Shown here: positions 37,038-50,083 of the stretch, piece after piece
Position numbering within the stretch: position 1 is the first letter of the stretch
How the letters are laid out: every line of letters begins with the position of its first letter
Assembly (NCBI RefSeq): GCF_021869535.1
Contig: NW_026262712.1
Location: 89,466,001-89,530,000 of the forward strand
Length of the DNA: 64,000 nucleotides
Direction: 5' to 3'
DNA from: Mytilus californianus
Taxonomy: Eukaryota
Position numbers and translations under genes: made by a program
The notes under the pieces: model-generated
The model's database searches: none
Seen by the model: only the letters and a program-made list of their open reading frames with translations
Told to the model about the DNA's origin: nothing

Positions 37038-37119
37038 TGTCTTCAGTTGGAATGAACCTAAAAGCATGTCAATTGAAATGTCTTGAATTGGAATGAAACT
37101 AAAAGCTTGTCGATTGAAG
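37038..37119. repeat. 41-bp diverged tandem duplication
   Basis: TGTCTT...TTGGAATGAA.CTAAAAGC.TGTC.ATTGAA occurs twice. Confidence 0.85.
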
Positions 37120-37329
37120 TTTCCAATACGCTAAATGTATTGCAGTTAACTCAATAAATATCTCCTACATGTCATACAATATCATATCAATTATTTACTT
37201 GAATTGATAGAAAATTCCATGGAATATTAATGTATTTGTTTATCATAAAATAATACAAAATGATTGATCAAGTACCTGAATTGACACTGAACTTGAATAA
37301 TAAAAGATGATAAATTAAACGAGGTCACA

Positions 37330-38385
37330 AATTAGGTCTTTCCACTTTCCACTTTTCGTGGAAAGACCTTTTGCTTTTGTTCTGATTATTTTTTTTTTCT
37401 TCTGCCGTCTGAGATGCTTTTTTGTTTTACAACATATCGAAAGGATTTTTGGCCAATAATGTCGCACAGTGATGGGAATTTCAAAACTCACCCTGTGTAA
37501 CCAAACACTTATTCGTATAGGAGTTATCTCCCCGCGTCCCCTTTTTCTTGTTATCTTTATTTCTCTGAAACCGTAAAAGATTTCAACAAACTGTTTTCAC
37601 CAAATTGTTTGTCTACTCTTAAGAATGTTTTGGTCAAGTTTAACTGATGTGATCGGATGACATCTTATGGAGTTATTTTCCTTTGAAAATTTAACATAGG
37701 TGATATGTTGAATAAATTCATACATTATAAGTCATAGAGGCCTAAAATCTTTTGATATGAAGACCTTGGTCCATTTGGAGGAAATTGATTTCAAGGTCAA
37801 AGGTCAAGGTCATGTTCTAAATTTTGAAATTTGCTTGTTATCTTTAATCAAAAGAAACCGTAACAGTTAATGATATGATGTGTTTGCCAAATAATTGTTT
37901 AGGATAGGGCGCAACTTCAACCCATTTAAGTCGAAGTGTTTTGGTCAACCCTTATAGGAGTTTTCTCCCCTTGTGTATTTGAAATCAGTATTACTCCACA
38001 ACCATACAAGTGAATGACCTGGGTTCTGTCGATTTGAGATCACTGACCTATGACCTTGAAATTGGGGTCAAGGTCAAAGGTCAATTTGACGTTCTAGATT
38101 TTGACCTTTGCTAAAAATCCTAACTGGTTCATTATAAAACAATTAAGTCTTCTGCATTTGGTTGTAGACATTTCACCATTTATCAGGAAATGACCGTATT
38201 TTAACCGGAAGTAGCCTATTTCAGACTAGTCCTATGAAAAAGTACCTAGAATTCTTATTTTTTCAATATCAGTTTGAAGTAACAAATTACATGAACCAGG
38301 AGTGACATTTTCCAACACCGTTTTTTAAATTTCATTTTTTATTATCGAGGTGGAAAGACCTTCAATTGTTCTCTGATTATTCTAG
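37330..38385 (+). mobile_element. HINE-like Helentron derivative
   Basis: 5' hairpin AGGTCTTTCCAC...GTGGAAAGACCT (37334-37369). The same GTGGAAAGACCT recurs as the 3' sub-terminal repeat (38350-38361) and the element ends in CTAG (38382-38385). Internal repeats of GGAGTT(A/T)TCTCCC and clusters of AGGTCA. Confidence 0.8.
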
Positions 38386-38564
38386 AATCTCTTGAAAACC
38401 AGAATTGAATGTTTAAAATATTTAAGGATTTGAAAGCTATACTAATTGCACTTTGACACAATGGAATCTAATTAATTATTTTTTTTGTCCGAAATTTTGT
38501 TTAACATTTATATTAATATGTTTACTGAATCTTTTGATTTTTATTGTGAGAATAATTATATTAT

Positions 38565-38665
38565 AATAGAAACGGGACCAATTTTAATGCACCAGATGCG
38601 CATTTCGACAATTAATGTCTCTTCAGTGATGCTCGAGGTCAATTCAAACTATTTGAATATCCAAA
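38565..38665. repeat. Fragment of a common bivalve interspersed repeat
   Basis: GCACCAGATGCGCATTTCGACAATTAATGTCTCTTCAGTGATGCTCGAGG. Recognised from memory; no full second copy in the window. Confidence 0.45.
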
Positions 38666-39931
38666 CTGTGTGATCATAATCAACAAACTGTATAAATAAT
38701 TAATTGTAAACGATGCAACCGAGTTCACCATCTGTTGGTGTTCGCGTTTGTGAACTGTTGCTTGTGTAATCATCTTTTTTTCTCTTGATCATGACATTGT
38801 CTGATTTTCTTAACTCATGTTTGTTGTGCCCTTGGTATTGTCTTCCCTTTTTTTAAGCGTTAAGATAATCTTACTGGTTCATATATGGCGAAAGTCTAAA
38901 GTAAAGGCAATCAATTTCAATTGCAAATGTATGACAACGCTTTTACATATATATCTGTTTGATTTTATGGAAAAGACACTTGAAGCTGAAACTGTTATAC
39001 AATAATTCTGGTATGAATTCCGTCTCAGACAATTGAAAACAAAATAAAACCTAGAGAATACACGTTCTCCTCTGAGTTAATTTGTGATTCTATTTTATCC
39101 CAAACTATACATATTTTGTTGAAATTACTTAAGTATTTGACGTTTCCTATAAAACGCAGATCAATCGTACATCATTGTGTTGGTTCCCTCCTAATTAATA
39201 ATCAAATTAAAAGAACTACCGTATATGTCCATTTCAAAGTGTAACCTCGAATTTTGCAAACAACAAGATCGGTATCCACATTTAATGGAAACAATCCCAT
39301 TCTCTAAACGAAAAGATTTAAAAGATTTTTCCATTAGAAGCGATTGTTACATAAAAGAAAATCACATTCGTACCGTGTTACTGTTGTTTCAATGACGGAA
39401 TGTATTTTTCCCAAAGGAATACATTTGTGATAATTCAATAAAAGGTTTAAATAGACATTTAATTTTTAACATCAAATTACTAAAGACCAATTCTAGTAAG
39501 GAAAAAAACCTTATCAAATGTGGTTCAATTTTCTTAATATGACATAATATTTTAGTTCATTTAATAGCAATGTATTATAGTTCAAACAGTAACAATAATT
39601 AATTCATATACTGTTGATCTAAATTCAAAAAGTTAATTAGTTCAACAAATTTTATAGGAAACGGTCTATCAATAAAGGAATTCTTTGAAATAAGTTGGAA
39701 ACCAAATCATCAACTTTGTCTTTTTTAAATTTGTCAAATGTAACAATTTGCATCTGCGTATCATGTTTTTCTCAAGAAGTTCTTCATTCCATGTTCCCCA
39801 GATAATAATATTATTTGTATGAAACTTGGTACATACCCGGTATATGACACACATTCCTTGATCAACCAAAAATGTTTTCCCTAGAACCTATTTTTTCAAT
39901 ATTTTACTAGTCATAAGTGTTTTACTACGTT

Positions 39932-40169
39932 TATTGCCATGGTGGATTAATAAAGAATATGTATTGCCATGGTGGATTAATAAAGAATATGTATTGTCAT
40001 GGTGGATTAATAAAGAATATGTATTGCCATGGTGGATTAATAAAGAATATGTATTGCCATGGTGGATTAATAAAGAATATGTATTGCCATGGTGGATTAA
40101 TAAAGAATATGTATTGCCATGGTGGATTAATAAAGAATATGTATTGCCATGGTGGATTAATAAAGAATA
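39932..40169. repeat. Near-perfect 30-bp minisatellite, 7.9 units
   Basis: TATTGCCATGGTGGATTAATAAAGAATATG repeated, with a single C>T at 39997. Confidence 0.98.
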
Positions 40170-41429
40170 ATTGGATTTTGTATGTGTAACCGTAACGTGT
40201 AATTCTTGTTTTATCTTTCATTCATATGATACCAAATTTTTCTGTTATAAATGAATTAAATGATGCAATAAATGGCAGGTAATATTAGTGCATTGAATTT
40301 CTATCAAAAACCCAAACTTTTATTAAATGTTTTTGTTGTTGCATTTCTTGTGACTTCATGGAAGAAATTTTACATTCAAAAAGGATTTATGAAGACAGAC
40401 AACCTCTTTTGCTCAAACTCTAACACATATCTTGCTGTCTTCATAAAACAGTCAAACATTTTAACTGTATTATGCTTAATACTGTTATACACCGACGGGT
40501 GCCTTTTTGTGACGAAAAAGAAAAAAAAAGCTAACCAGCCATACAAATGTCTCTTTCGAAATATGACCTTTCAATTTGCATCCTTTATCAATAGACTCTT
40601 TTTTAAAGTCTTATTTGTATAAAAAAATTCCTAAATCAAAATCAACAAAGCAAGAAAATTCAGTCATAATTGAAATATGGCTTATCAAAATCTCAAAAAT
40701 AGCGAATCACTTATAAATAACAATCACCTATGTAAATATAAACCATTTAATAAAAGAAAACTAAAAATAATAAAAAAAGTGAAAATGATAAATTTCATAT
40801 TTCGTTTTGATGTGATGAAAAATTTCTTGCTTCCTGAACCTGAATCATCCAATTACAAACCATGATCGTTTATGAGTGGTAAATCGTAGGTTTTAATCAT
40901 ATAGGATTTTTTAAAATCATATTACTGAAATAACTTCAAAATTCAAACGCATTATTGCATCCTCTAATAAAATTACTTTCCATTTCAAATGACTTGTTAT
41001 AGAATTAATAACCCAGACATTCTGAATGCAAATATCATTCTAGCTCATGTTGAAACAACATTTGTAGCCAGACAAAAATAATTGCATATAGATTTATTTA
41101 ATGAAAAACATTACAAATTATAATCAGTACGCCTTTTGCTGTCATAACATGAAAACAACTTTTGACAATCATTTCACTTATGGTGCGTGGGAGATATTTA
41201 CTGTAAAGCTTATGAGCGATGTCAAGATCAATGTTATCATTTGGAGCTCTTCCATTTGACATTAAGATACCTTTTTTGAAATTTTCGTTGAAAAATTTTA
41301 GATACTAAAAGCCCATCATGCAGGCAAAATTGACCTCAAGTTGATTTGGCTTCCCTTAAGTCATATAGCTTTACAAGTGTTCAGGTATTTATACATTCTT
41401 GGCATTCTATTTTTTAACGTTACCGTTGA

Positions 41430-43254
41430 AAGAAAATCAAACATCAGAAAACAGAAAGCAATGGAGTTGCACCACTTTGCAGTGAAGGTATAGTACACAC
41501 ACACCCTGTAGACCAAGCAACCATTCTAAACAAGCAATTCCAATCTGCCTTTTCCACCAAGGACACATATAATGAATACGAATTTAAATCCAGATGCAAT
41601 ATGCCAGGCCAATATCCCTCAGCAGAGGAACTCAACATCACAGAAAATGGTATACTCAAACTTCTGACAAAAATAAATCCAAATAAAGCAGCTGGACCAG
41701 ATAATATAAAACCTAAACTACTCAACGAACTGGCCACAGAAATAGCCCCAATCCTTACAATCATTTTCAAAACATCAATAGAAACTGGGGATGTACCACC
41801 TGACTGGAGAAATGCGAACGTAACACCAGTATACAAGAAAGGAGAAAGATATAAAGCAGAAAACTATAGACCAATCTCTCTAACTTGTATTTGCTGCAAA
41901 CTAATAGAGCATATAGTTACAAGCCATATCATGAAACATGCTGATCAACATCAAATCCTCTATCCGTTACAACATGGTTTCCGTAGTAAACGCTCGTGCG
42001 AAACCCAACTAATCGAATTCGTGGATGACATCACTAAAAATATGAGTGCAGGTAAACAGACAGATGTTCTCATAATGGATTTCTCAAAGGCATTTGACAA
42101 AGTCAGTCATAGTCTCCTGGTACACAAACTAGAACATTACGGTATCAGTGGTAAAATCAATAGATGGATTGCCAGCTTCTTATCCCATCGAACGCAAGCA
42201 GTAGTAGTGGATGGAGAGAGCTCATCACATATTGATGTAGAATCTGGAGTTCCTCAAGGCTCTGTACTTGGTCCTGCATTATTCTTGTTTTACATCAACG
42301 ACATGCCAGATGGGGTCAAATCCACTGTCCGCCTATTTGCTGATGACACAATAGCATATCTTACCATCTCATCTGACAAAGACTCAAACGACCTCCAAAA
42401 CGACCTGGACAAACTGGGAACGTGGGAAGTCAAATGGAAAATGCCCTTCCATCCGGACAAATGTAACGTTCTTACCATCAGCCGCAAAAACAACACCATT
42501 CCAACATCGTACACATTGCATGGCCACAAACTTGAACCTGTCAAAAGTGCTAAATACCTTGGTTGCACCTTCACATCTGAACTGAAGTGGAATGATCATA
42601 TCAATAACATATGTAACAAAGCCAATAGGACAATAGGCTTACTTAAGAGAAATCTAAACATAGGAGCAACTTCAGTCAAAGAAAATGCATACAAAAGCCT
42701 CGCAAGACCAGTAATAGAGTATACAAGTCCAGTATGGGACCCATACTTTAAAACCGAAATAGATCGTCTAGAAATGGTCCAGAGACGAGCAGCAAGATAT
42801 GTTTCCAACAAACACCATAACCATTCAAGTGTCAGCAAAATGATTGAGCACCTAGAATGGCCATCTCTGGAAAAAAGGCGAAAAGACGCTAGACTAACTA
42901 TGCTCTATAAAATAGAAAACAACAAAGTGGCCGTAACTAAGGAAGGTCGTCTTATGCAACCAACACGACTGTCGAGGAACATGCACTACAAAAGTTTCCA
43001 AATTCCAGCATCCAGAAGTGATTACAGGAAATACTCATTTTTCCCGAGAACGATCAGGGATTGGAACGCTCTCCCTCCTGGGGTAGCATCAGCATCGTCA
43101 GTCGAGGCCTTTAAAGCCTCTCTGACAAAGCTGAACTAAATTATCAAATTGGGGGGTGGGGGAGGGGGTCTGTATGCGCACCTAAGTCATGGCATAATAA
43201 TCGGCTCGTTGATTGTGGCCATTATCAGGCAGAAGAAGCAGAAGCAGAAGAAAA
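41430..43254 (+). mobile_element. 5'-truncated CR1-group LINE, young insertion
   Basis: Stop-free frame 41430-43139 with the RT domain, then a G-rich 3' UTR with an imperfect hairpin and a (CAGAAG/AAG)n tail to ~43254. No APE endonuclease or ORF1 is present. Possible AAGAAAA duplication at 41430-41436 and 43248-43254. Confidence 0.92.
41601..43139 (+). CDS. Non-LTR reverse transcriptase ORF2 (N-truncated; frame open from 41430, ~570 codons)
   Basis: KAAGPD, ENYRPISLT, QHGFRSKRSC, MDFSKAFDKV, SGVPQGSVLGP, LFADD, KYLG and C-terminal YSFFPRTIRDWNALP. Confidence 0.95.
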   Translation: MPGQYPSAEELNITENGILKLLTKINPNKAAGPDNIKPKLLNELATEIAPILTIIFKTSIETGDVPPDWRNANVTPVYKKGERYKAENYRPISLTCICCKLIEHIVTSHIMKHADQHQILYPLQHGFRSKRSCETQLIEFVDDITKNMSAGKQTDVLIMDFSKAFDKVSHSLLVHKLEHYGISGKINRWIASFLSHRTQAVVVDGESSSHIDVESGVPQGSVLGPALFLFYINDMPDGVKSTVRLFADDTIAYLTISSDKDSNDLQNDLDKLGTWEVKWKMPFHPDKCNVLTISRKNNTIPTSYTLHGHKLEPVKSAKYLGCTFTSELKWNDHINNICNKANRTIGLLKRNLNIGATSVKENAYKSLARPVIEYTSPVWDPYFKTEIDRLEMVQRRAARYVSNKHHNHSSVSKMIEHLEWPSLEKRRKDARLTMLYKIENNKVAVTKEGRLMQPTRLSRNMHYKSFQIPASRSDYRKYSFFPRTIRDWNALPPGVASASSVEAFKASLTKLN

Positions 43255-43625
43255 GCATGTCGGATGCAACACATTTACAAATTTTAATTCCTTTTTCAGC
43301 ACTGGGTCGATACCGCTCCTGTTGGACAGCTAGTCCTCGGGTGTATCATTAGCTCAATAGCCAGTACTGCATCTTCACTGACTTGATTCATAGCATGCTT
43401 AAATTCACAGTTGACACATTTAGAAATTATAAGAACTAAGGTTCAATCTCCCTTTGGTAAAGTTGACGTTAGGCAGAATTGTCTATTCTTTGGTCATACA
43501 GCAAGTATTATTTATAAATCATGGCTTTCAAATTTTTGGGGTTGGTCGTTCGTCGTGAAGGGAAATCCAAAAAAGCGCTTATGATGCAACACATTTTAAA
43601 TTGTTATTTTCATTTTCTGCTCTAC
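43255..43625. repeat. Older interspersed repeat with a repeated GATGCAACACATTT module, interrupted by the LINE
   Basis: AAAAGCATGTCGGATGCAACACATTT (~43251-43275) recurs as AAAAGCGCTTATGATGCAACACATTT (~43572-43597). Confidence 0.55.
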
Positions 43626-44249
43626 TGTCGGTCTTCCTTTCAGATTTTGAAGAATTTTGTGTGTATTTGTGTAATTAGTATTAATTTTGTTTAACATTCT
43701 TCTAAATATGATTATAACGGAAGACTATTAGGTTTTGAAGACTTAAATAGTTAGAATATTTTTGTGTGCATATTTGATTTTTATTTCGTGCATATCATTA
43801 GATGATTTTCAATCGTTTAGATTGACTGATTATTTAGAAAACCTTTCCGGGATTGTCAGAACTTACGTTGTTTCAATTATTGCAAAACAGTTGTTAATGT
43901 TCATTCCTGGGCACTATTATAATTGAGTTTATAGCAAAGACCATACGTGACACTTTCGAAAAAAATGATTTTCCTTTGGAATCGTTTATTTATTCAAACT
44001 AAATCTCATTAGAACAATCCTTTGATAATTCTTTGCACTGGTCTATTGCTTGATGCTGTCTTAAGATAACACAAGGATATGTACTATGATTCTCTATGAG
44101 TCAAATATGACAGTTGTTTTCCCTTCGTTTGAGTTTTTGATTTTGCTATTTGATAAGGGACTTTCCGTTTTGAATTTTCCTCGGAGTTCGGTATTTTTGT
44201 TGTTTTTCTTTTTATCCACCATAGATAAAATAACGTAGATGTTAGCAAC

Positions 44250-44480
44250 TATAGATCACAGTACGTCCTTCAACAATTCGCAAAGCCATACCATATAGTA
44301 AACTGTGACAAACCCCGACATGACAAAATGTAAAACAATTCAAACGAGAAATCAACGGCCTGAATTATGTACCAAAAGAAAACGAAAAACAAATATGGTA
44401 TACAGCACCAAACACTCACTAAATTATAAGCTTTCAACTTGGGACATGCACATACAGAATATGGCATACAAAATGTGTGC
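44250..44480. mobile_element. Family A copy (diverged)
   Basis: ATAGATCACAGTACGTCCTTCAACAA...AAACAATTCAAACGAGAAATCAACGGC...ACTTGGGACATGCACATACAG. Confidence 0.75.
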
Positions 44481-45234
44481 AAGCTAATACGGTGGTGTTA
44501 CATCACCACATAAGATTTAACTATAAAAAATAGTTGAAATTGGCTGGACTCATCGAATCGATACAAACTACAAAAACAACTAACAAAAACTATAAATAAG
44601 TTTATTCAAATGACCGACCAGTTTACATGGATCGTATCTAAATTTACGGGCTCTAAAACAACATCACTGTAAAAATTTGGATCTAATGTCCGGTTTGTAA
44701 TCAGCTTTTTGCAGACACAGCCAAACTTCCAACCCAATTCTTTGTTTCTATAAAAGAATTTAGTAAGAATCCAACTTTCGTGTATGCTTTGCTTATTTCG
44801 TTAACAGATTATATGGAAGACTTTCAATGTATTTTGTTCAAAGATTTGCGTTTAAGGTTTCTTTAGTAAGGTCTGATTAATATAATAGATCTAGCACATT
44901 AGGAATTGTGTTTTTTTTCTTTTTTTAAACTATTTATGTATCATTAGTAAATCGTCGATTTAGAACTTAAAACATCAATTTTGTTTTATCGTTACCGGCC
45001 TTAAAAGACTGAACAATAAATAAGCGCGTCCTGTTCAGCTTTCGGTAAATTTTTAAACGTATTCATTTAAATGCTGTTTAGGCACTTCGCAAGTGGTCAA
45101 TTAAGATATGGTTTGTCTGTTTTCCTAGTGTTCAATTGATGTTATTATTGAAAAACAATAAATACTGAATTGTCCAGAAAGCGAATTAACATAAATGTAC
45201 TGACTTCATAATTGTTGTCTGCTTTACGTCCACT

Positions 45235-45545
45235 GGGAAATATTCCAGGTATGTTCAGGACGAGGACACATTTACAAATAATACACGAGGAAGGTTCTGC
45301 AGTAAGGGGTCGATCGGGATAATGGATGGAAAATTTGAAATACCACTGAAAAATGAAAGGATACTGGATAGAGAAATAAATTTAGTTTTGCAACAGGCCA
45401 TATGCGGACCCCGCAAAATGTTGTTGCAATGGTTCTTAACGTGAAGAGAATTGATTGTTCTCTCTACACTGGGCACCGGATTTAACTGGACGTTGCTACA
45501 AATTTACACACTGCTCAGTCAAACGGATGTCCAAATTCGGCAAGG
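45235..45545 (-). mobile_element. Second copy of the Nin/Deu-like SINE
   Basis: The reverse complement reads CACGTTAAGAACCATTGCAACAAC...GGCCTGTTGCAAAAC...GCAGAACCT...CTCGTCCTGAACATACC, collinear with 22296-22480. Confidence 0.65.
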
Positions 45546-46439
45546 GCTTTACTGTCGGTAAGAAAAAGACCAAGGGATGACCATATTTCTGTACCCCATA
45601 TTAAGGCAAGCAAAATGCCTGAGCAGGATTAAATTTTTAATGAATGTGGCAGAAGATAACAAGGGGATATTCAAAACTCAAAAGTCGAAGCGAAACTAAA
45701 AACTCAAAGGCAAAAGACGAAAAACGGCCAAAAGACAAACACATTCTACTGTGATTACTTAGATCTACATTGTTCAAGGTTCCTTTGTCATGGTAATACT
45801 ACTTAGTATACTATACTTATACTTCAATTCATATCACGCGTAAATCACTGTCTGATATTTGATTTAATAACACACAGTTATGCAAGTCAAATGCAAAAAT
45901 AAAATTTTTAATATACATTACTTGACACGTAAGTGTGATTTCATTGTACATGTAATTAATAATCATTTTGATTGTCACCACAAATGTTCTTTGACTATTG
46001 TATGTTGTACACGTGAATTGTATTGTTCAAACGTACTTTATTCATATTGCTTTACCAACAGAACGTTTTATTCGAGTTCTCGATATTTTGATCTGTGTGT
46101 TCCAACTGCATATTGGAAACTAGACGGCATTAACATCCTCCTGTCACAGCTGAATATTGACAAAAGGTAAATATTGAATGTTTTATTTTCTTAAAGTAAA
46201 TGTATATCTATCTGACAGTTTTGCTTATGATACTCTGTATATATCACTAAAACTAGTTGACAAGTTTAAAAATACGCAATTTTATCATGGAAGTTTCGTA
46301 ACATATTTCAATTCATGGTAAGTGACAAATTATTTGTTTAATTAAATATCTTTATTGTCATATAAACATAATTAGTTTGTGACAAAAACAATACAGAAAA
46401 CAAAAATAATATAGCAAAGAAATAACAATTCTATATGAA

Positions 46440-47230
46440 ATGAACACATGGAAAAAAATTATAAGACTTCTGCCCTCAGTTCTAATGACTTATATAAAGG
46501 AGCCAATATTTTTAACATGTTCCATGGTAGAGGGGTTTAGCATTTCTTTTACTTTTTGTTCTTGGGTAAGAGACATAAAATTATGAGTTGGTAAACAATT
46601 TTCAAATAGATTATCCCTTAGGTTTTTGGTAATTTTACTTTCAAGGAGGAAGTGTTTTTCATCCCCCAGCAAGTGGCACAGTTTACATATTCTATCCTTT
46701 CTAGGAATTTTGTAATATCGACCCTTTTCTATTTCTAAATAAAGGTCACTAATTCTCAACTGAGTGAAGCATTTTCTTATAGAAAAGTCATTGGAAGCTC
46801 AATAAAATTCCCTATCTAAGTTAAGTTTTAAATTTTTATAAAGTAACAGTTAACTATTTTCATCATCACAATTTATTCTATTTTCAAAAATATTGTTATA
46901 TTTTTCTTTAAATTCATTTTTAATCAAGAGCTTTATTTAGTTTATTTCTTTCATGTCCCTACAATCATTAACTTTATCTAAAAGGTCTGGGTTTGGTGAA
47001 ATATTCATGGCATACGTATACCAAGAATAAGTACCATGCGAGTCCAGCAGTTTTGACAATATAAATGCTTCTTTAAGTAAAAAATTTTTATTTTCAGAAT
47101 TCAGTCCTAGATTAAACGAGCATTGGCTTGGGAACATATATATTACATATATAGATATACTGTTCCCAGATTGGTTGTATAACATTTTCAGTTATATACC
47201 AATAGGTAAAAACTGATATTAAGTGATTGA
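46440..47230 (-). mobile_element. Decayed 3' end of a non-LTR retrotransposon (same class as 7079-8150)
   Basis: ...LRISDLYLEIEKGRYYKIPRKDRICKLCHLLGDEKHFLLES..., with upstream SWYTY and stops and frameshifts. Confidence 0.8.
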
Positions 47231-47304
47231 TTTCAAAATTGTTCCATAATTTGAAATGCGAGGTTGATATAATATTCCAAGTTATTTTCCTAAATACTTA
47301 TGTA

Positions 47305-47334
47305 AACTAGAACACACCCGCGACATCCGCGGGT
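47305..47334 (-). mobile_element. Helitron-type 3' terminus (hairpin + CTAG)
   Basis: The - strand reads ACCCGCGG-ATGT-CGCGGGT GTGTT CTAG TTT. The body probably extends rightwards, but its other end was not found. Confidence 0.65.
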
Positions 47335-50083
47335 CCATGACTGAATTAAAGTACCTATGCCTTTTTTTTTTGCCTGGATGAAATAGTTTCGTTTATTCGA
47401 TTATGATAAAACTTCTTTTTTTTTCTGTTATATTTTAGAATACGGAGAAGTTTAAACGCAGTCTCTTCAAATCAACAACAAAGAACAGCTCTCTATACTC
47501 ATCCCAAACGTCTCCATCATTAGGGCAGAACGGTTTGGTGAGAGAAACAATGGATTCATATCCACAGACTTATATTTTGCAATTCAGTGCACAAAAATCT
47601 ATTCTTATAATACCAATGATGGAACTGCTTTGATGTCAGTAGTTGAGTTGTAAAATAACACACGATTCTCCGGTACACCGAAATGAAACCGATTGATTCG
47701 AGCCATTTGTTACTTTCACGACTTATTACTGCATTTATAGAGAGAGTCGTTGTAATTGCTACTATAATACTACTTTCAAATTCGTGCATTTTCCAGTACA
47801 TGTTCTATGTCTCAATACTTATGTTATTACGTTACAGTAAGAACCGATGGCTCAACGGCGGCATTTACACCAAATGACCTCGGGTCAACTGGTGTAACCC
47901 ATTTATAAAAAAAAAAAAAACTCGACATTGGTCTATTTTCTATGAAGATCATTAGTTTGTGTAACAATACTCCTCTAGGTGTTAAGTGATGTTAGGTTTT
48001 ATATGTGTAGTTATATTCAATGGTCATGCGCAATGACGTGCGAGAATAAAGGAACTGTCATAGGTAAACATATTCCTTTGATGCAAAAGGTCAAATGTAA
48101 AAGAGAGGCGAAAGATACCAAAGAGACATTCCAACTTATAAGTCGAAAACTAACTGATAACGCCATGACAAAAAAAAACCCAACCCGAACAACAGTATAG
48201 AAAAACACAATATAGAAATTGAAGACTGAGCAACACGACTAAAACCGAAAGCAAGAGCAACACTAACCCCTTTTAAGCAAAACTAGGGATGATTTCTGGT
48301 GCTTAAATTCTCACAAAGACACAAAGAGTTGTTGGAAAAGTTTTGATCTTCATAGAACGTGACGTTCTCCTACATTGTAGTTTTGAACATCGCGTGATAC
48401 ACCCAATTCTAGTCGCACGTGACTTCGTATTTTTCAATAACATCCACTAGGATGCCCCCTCAACTTCGGTCTTACCGTCGGACGGGAGAAGCGAGAGAAG
48501 TCTAAATGACCATCATTATTGGAGCACTCTTGTCAAAAATGGGGTTTCTAATGCAATAGGTTTTCAGTATACATATCTTATGAAAATATTTTAATAGTAG
48601 TAAAATAAATATGTATTATATATTAATTATAGTTACTTGTTTGCTTGGTATATTATAATTGTTTTAAACCGGTATCAAACATATTGTATTACTTTTCAAA
48701 TTAACAGTAATACAGTTTTCTCGAAGGCTATATTTTAAGAAAATATTGTTGCTAAGATGTTATTAAAGTTTTTGAAAATTGAACTTCTCGTTTGGTTGAT
48801 ATTCACTTGAATTGTATTTTGACGTTCTGATATAAGCTCTGCTTTGTTTTGAAAACCCATACATTAAAATTGGAAAATAATGTGGAGTTGTCAATTTTTA
48901 TATACAAATATATATCAAATAAAAGGGGTATTGTCAGCCATCGGAGTAGATAGAACCATCAGTGTCGTTATTTTGTTTTTAGACCAAAGCTTTGAATAAA
49001 AAATTTACCTTTTCTTTTACATTTAACAATCTCATCTACATAACCTTGTGTCTTTTTATGAATTTTATTCTTATGATGTTTTGTGATATTACGTAAATCC
49101 GTCAGTCGATGTTAGATGATACTATTTTTTTAGAATGGTATTATTTCAGTCATGAGATAATATCAGATGGGTAATACAATTTTTTCTGATACTGCATGGC
49201 ATCAATATTGCACTTTTAATACTGTATGTCATAGGTTACAAGCATTGGCGTCATAATTATAAGCCAACCGTCTTGACGTATTACCTAGGGTATACACCAT
49301 TCATGTGCCGTAATAAATAATGCTTTGCTAAATTCCAAATACTTGCAAAGCAAACATCACTGCAAAATTCCCATGAAATACAAAGTACGTGTTTTAAGTT
49401 TTTCAAATTATAATAGAAATTCATGGCGCTGATATAGTATGATTTTGTCCATATACATTTTTTTGTGCTGAATGTTAAGTGGCAAATTAATAACTATTTA
49501 TTGATTGAAGTATAACAAGTTAGTATTAAATGATTATTGTATAATTGATACACAACTAGGATAATATCCTCCAGGCGTGTAATTGCCATGCGAAAAATCT
49601 TGTTAAAATTCCTCACTATTTGTATTTTCACAGTCATTAGCTGAACCAATTTGTTCTCCGAACATTTTAACACGTCCATCTGACATTATTATGTATGTAG
49701 CATTTGTCAACGTGTGTTCTTTAGTGTCAGTAGCATAATTTACATCTTACAAATTGAAACAAACATTGTAAAACATGCATGATGGGAACGGACTATATAA
49801 TAAAAACATGAAAACAAACATCATTTCCGTTCTTAAATCTGTTTTGTATGGGACTCGAACACATACTTTCTATCTCGGGAAGACGGATGCAGCATATAAA
49901 AAAAGTTTTTATTGTGTTTAAAAGTTAACAATGAAGTATGCTTCGTTTATGGCCATTCCAACCAATATGGTTAAAAGACTGTTTCATACCAAAACAGTAC
50001 GTAATCTGAATATACATGCATATAAATTCACATTTTCAGATTTAAATAATTTTTTGACGATATTTACATTTTATTTTGATTAG

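Noticed and set aside
39917-40221. Three ORFs with repeated peptides (YCHGGLIKNM etc.), and a CRISPR-like look
   Set aside because: These come from a 30-bp tandem repeat. The units abut with no unique spacers, there are no cas genes, and the context is eukaryotic.
41444-42838. Minus-strand ORFs (130, 94, 71 and 80 aa)
   Set aside because: Antisense shadows of the LINE RT ORF.
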